Shown here in pieces: positions 34,319 through 36,468 of a stretch of 36,468 nt of DNA. This stretch comes from a virus (Duplodnaviria > Caudoviricetes). Location: positions 1 to 36,468 of the IMG/VR virus record IMGVR_UViG_3300025875_000068. One strand, written 5' to 3'. The notes below the pieces were generated by a model. The model saw nothing but the letters and a program-made list of their open reading frames with translations, had not been told where the DNA came from and ran no database searches. The translations under genes and the position numbers were made by a program. Each line of letters opens with the position of its first letter. The stretch's first letter is position 1.

Positions 34319-34636
34319 GGTCGGTCCTTATCAACGGTGAGGAAGGGACTTCGCGGCGGCGCCTTTCTCGTAGGCGCCTGGCGCGGCAAGGTTCGTAGCG
34401 AACGCGGTCGGCACCGGCATACGGCGAGGCTCATCGAGCAATTCGACGCGATTGATATCATACCAATTCCCGTCTTTCGCCTCACCGTCCTTGTCCACGT
34501 CCGGCGTAAGCACAACTTGAAGGCAGCCGTAAAGATCGAAGCAAACGGACGTAACGGTTCCCGCAAACTTGCTGACTTTATCCCTGCCCCGCTGGCCGAG
34601 ATAGTTGATGGATTCTTGGATCATGGTCGGTCCTTA
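34315..34636 (-). repeat. 16-bp direct repeat TAAGGACCGACCATGA (34315-34330 and 34621-34636) flanking one gene
   Basis: Identical stop/RBS/start block read at both positions. Confidence 0.85.
34331..34624 (-). CDS. Hypothetical protein (97 aa, small beta-barrel-like)
   Basis: LG-x-x-x-RD-x-x-x-x-F-x-G-x-x-T...LYGC...W-x-D-x-x-R pattern seen in phage proteins; RBS AAGGA. Confidence 0.75.
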   Translation of the reverse strand: MIQESINYLGQRGRDKVSKFAGTVTSVCFDLYGCLQVVLTPDVDKDGEAKDGNWYDINRVELLDEPRRMPVPTAFATNLAAPGAYEKGAAAKSLPHR

Positions 34637-35362
34637 CTTCCGTGCGGCTGCGTTGGCGTTCTGCTCGGCGTAGCCTTCCATCCGAGCGCCGTTGATCCCC
34701 TCAGCCTGAAGAAAGTCGTCCCAGGCGTAGGCGTCCACCCATTGCTTCGGGTGGTGAAAGCCCCATCGCCGCAGCACGGGGCCAGTGATGAAGATCGTGT
34801 GGACCGGCATCTCGCCGCCCTTGATGCCGCCAATCGTCCATCCTGGCGGGTAGCGATCAAGCTCAAGGCGGTGGGCGAACGATCCTGAGCGGCGAAAGCG
34901 GACGGCGCCAGGGCCGTAGCGCTGCTTCACATGCACGCCACCTTCGCTGATCGTGTGCTCGGTATATTCACCCTCAAGCACGATGCTGAAATTCCACCAG
35001 GGATGATCGTGCAGGGCCGTGTCTTCGTCGCTGCGGCGAACGATGTGGAAGTAGCAGTTGAAGAAGGCGTTGCGCTTGATCCGCCACCAGCGCAGCATGT
35101 AAGGCGGGATATCGGTGTTGCTCGGAATCCGCACGTCCGGCAGTCGGCCGGTGGTGACGCGGTTGTGCTCCCGAAGTAACTTCCGAAGAAGCCAATCCGG
35201 CACGCGCTTGAAGACGGTCGCGAAGGCCCACAGGAACAGATAGACCGGCAGCACAGCCGCCCAAGCGGCGTAGCCCTTGATCCACTCGGCGGCGCTATAC
35301 CGCGTTCCTGGCGGATTGCGGACGGTGCCGCCGCGCTTGTTCTTCTCGTTGATGACTTGCAT
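34634..35362 (-). CDS. Cupin-fold protein with N-terminal hydrophobic segment
   Basis: SD...LHDHPW...SIVLEGEY-x-E...HRLEL...IFITGP-x-x-RRWGF. Confidence 0.75.
   Translation of the reverse strand: MQVINEKNKRGGTVRNPPGTRYSAAEWIKGYAAWAAVLPVYLFLWAFATVFKRVPDWLLRKLLREHNRVTTGRLPDVRIPSNTDIPPYMLRWWRIKRNAFFNCYFHIVRRSDEDTALHDHPWWNFSIVLEGEYTEHTISEGGVHVKQRYGPGAVRFRRSGSFAHRLELDRYPPGWTIGGIKGGEMPVHTIFITGPVLRRWGFHHPKQWVDAYAWDDFLQAEGINGARMEGYAEQNANAAARK
35173..35183. repeat. Dispersed palindrome GAAGTNACTTC, copy 13
   Basis: GAAGTAACTTC on +; reads RKLLR (rare TTA codon) in the - strand cupin gene. Confidence 0.9.
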
Positions 35363-35543
35363 CTCTGATCTCCTTCAGAAGCTCTAGCTTCAATTCGGTT
35401 TGCTGGATCGCGGCGTCGATCTTGTGGGCGAAACGCTGGCGGTAGAGCAGCTTCAGATGGCGCCGACGAGTGATGGGCGTGTAGTATTTCTGATTGAGCG
35501 CCTGGCGGCCTTGTGGCGTTAGCTCAGACGCGGCGCCGGTCAT
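35295..35543 (-). CDS. Hypothetical basic protein (82 aa)
   Basis: ATG 35543 preceded by GAGGAAG; fills the gap between neighbours. Confidence 0.5.
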   Translation of the reverse strand: MTGAASELTPQGRQALNQKYYTPITRRRHLKLLYRQRFAHKIDAAIQQTELKLELLKEIRDASHQREEQARRHRPQSARNAV

Positions 35544-35823
35544 GCACTTCCTCGCGAGCCTTGAGCCACGGATAGAATTCGGGCCACTCGCCGAGATCGC
35601 CTTCACGCCAAGCCCGCAGAAACGCATCGCGCTCCCAAGAGTCGTCGATCACGTCGAGAGCGAAGATCATCGCGTTCTCATGGCTGCCGTGGTCGCCCAC
35701 TGGCCGGCCGGTTGACGGGTCCACCACAGGGGGTGTCGTGAGCCAATCGTAAAGACGGCTGAATCCGTAGCCGAACACGAATAAGACGAAGGCAAAAATG
35801 ACAAGGCTAGTGAAGTCGATCAT
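35524..35823 (-). CDS. Hypothetical protein with N-terminal TM helix
   Basis: ATGA overlap with upstream gene; hydrophobic N-terminus; [10 protein letters not shown]...WPEF segment. Confidence 0.65.
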   Translation of the reverse strand: MIDFTSLVIFAFVLFVFGYGFSRLYDWLTTPPVVDPSTGRPVGDHGSHENAMIFALDVIDDSWERDAFLRAWREGDLGEWPEFYPWLKAREEVHDRRRV

Positions 35824-36008
35824 GGCTGCATCCTTGGTGCTCGACGAAGGGCGGCAGCCGGATATATCTGGACGCTGCCGATCTCAGTTTCGCTCTCGAC
35901 GCAGTAGCCTTCTGGCGTGAGCGTCGTGCTGTAGGTCCCAACGATGAAGCCGGTCCATCGTGATCCCTTTATCTTCGTGACGCGATCTCCGCGCTTGAAG
36001 GCGCTCAC
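35820..36008 (-). CDS. Type II (R67/DfrB-family) dihydrofolate reductase homologue, 62 aa
   Basis: [51 protein letters not shown] aligns without gaps to R67 DHFR ([51 protein letters not shown], recalled); GTG start overlaps upstream TGA. Confidence 0.9.
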   Translation of the reverse strand: MSAFKRGDRVTKIKGSRWTGFIVGTYSTTLTPEGYCVESETEIGSVQIYPAAALRRAPRMQP

Positions 36009-36463
36009 GGGCAGAGTCCTTGTCCCAAGCCTTGCTCGTCGCAGATCGCGAGCTTCAGGCTGTCTCGCAGACGCTCGTATATCTCGATCCGTTGCGAGAT
36101 CATGCGGCCGGCGTGCAGATCGAGCAGCCCGCCCACGGTAAAACGGATCGGCTCGGACCAGGGCGACGGGCGGGCCATGAGCCGGCGAGCGCGGTTGTCT
36201 TCGGCCAGGAAGATGCGGAAGTCCTCGGCCGCCTGGCCGCCCATGAGCCAGTAAGCGTCGTGGTGGTAGCTCCGCTCGACATACCACAGGGCTTTCTCGA
36301 AGTCCTGCGTTGCGTCCTCGCTCTTCAGTCCGCCGCGCCAGACATACTTCAGCGCGTTGCCGAGATTGAACGTCATCTTCTCGGCGAAGACGATGCACTC
36401 AAGCCCGCTCGGGTGGCCGTTATAGTGCGCCGCCTTTTGCACGGGATCGGTCGGCATTGCCAC
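36005..36463 (-). CDS. DUF3310 (SaV-like) domain protein; start may be 36457 or outside window
   Basis: DPV-x-x-x-x-HY...ECI...F[15 protein letters not shown]...D-x-x-KA-x-WY. Confidence 0.85.
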   Translation of the reverse strand: MAMPTDPVQKAAHYNGHPSGLECIVFAEKMTFNLGNALKYVWRGGLKSEDATQDFEKALWYVERSYHHDAYWLMGGQAAEDFRIFLAEDNRARRLMARPSPWSEPIRFTVGGLLDLHAGRMISQRIEIYERLRDSLKLAICDEQGLGQGLCP

Positions 36464-36468
36464 TCGGA

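Noticed and set aside
607-35183. Reading the dispersed repeat as a CRISPR array, a stoperator set or a protein motif (EVTS)
   Set aside because: Copies are kilobases apart with no spacers or cas genes; L5-type stoperators are asymmetric and oriented whereas this is symmetric; the motif occurs in three frames and in intergenic DNA.
36009-36398. N-terminal 130 codons of the 192-aa ORF containing the DfrB domain
   Set aside because: Out-of-frame overlap with the DUF3310 gene; the real start is the coupled GTG at 36008.
1-36468. tRNA genes, integrase, transposase, introns, diversity-generating retroelement
   Set aside because: No cloverleaf, recombinase, reverse transcriptase or template/variable repeat pair was seen in the window.

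Overview
The window is part of a high-GC tailed dsDNA phage genome with Chi-like (Casjensviridae-type) gene order. The probable host is an alphaproteobacterium, likely a sphingomonad, judged from the GapR sequence. The + strand carries: the 3' end of a family A DNA polymerase, an adenine methyltransferase-like gene, a VRR-NUC nuclease, a SNF2-type helicase, lambda-type packaging and head genes (terS, terL, gpW, portal, S49 protease/scaffold, decoration, capsid), a siphovirus tail module with a -1 frameshifted chaperone, tail-tip and receptor-binding genes, and a lysis cassette (membrane proteins, GH19-like endolysin, two spanins). The - strand (29.2-36.5 kb) carries a GH5 glycoside hydrolase, a ParB-family protein, GapR, a MazG-like protein, a cupin, a DfrB/R67-type dihydrofolate reductase homologue, a DUF3310 protein and small ORFs. 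The strongest unexplained signal is the palindrome SGAAGTNACTTCS: 13 perfect and at least 8 one-mismatch copies are spread across the window, in all three reading frames and between genes. The most extended copy lies directly upstream of the gapR-parB pair, suggesting a KorB/Noc-like ParB clamp plus dispersed-operator system. A structured, promoter-preceded non-coding region (30741-31111) has loops complementary to the ribosome-binding regions of parB and gapR. All family assignments are from motif recognition by eye; no searches were run.
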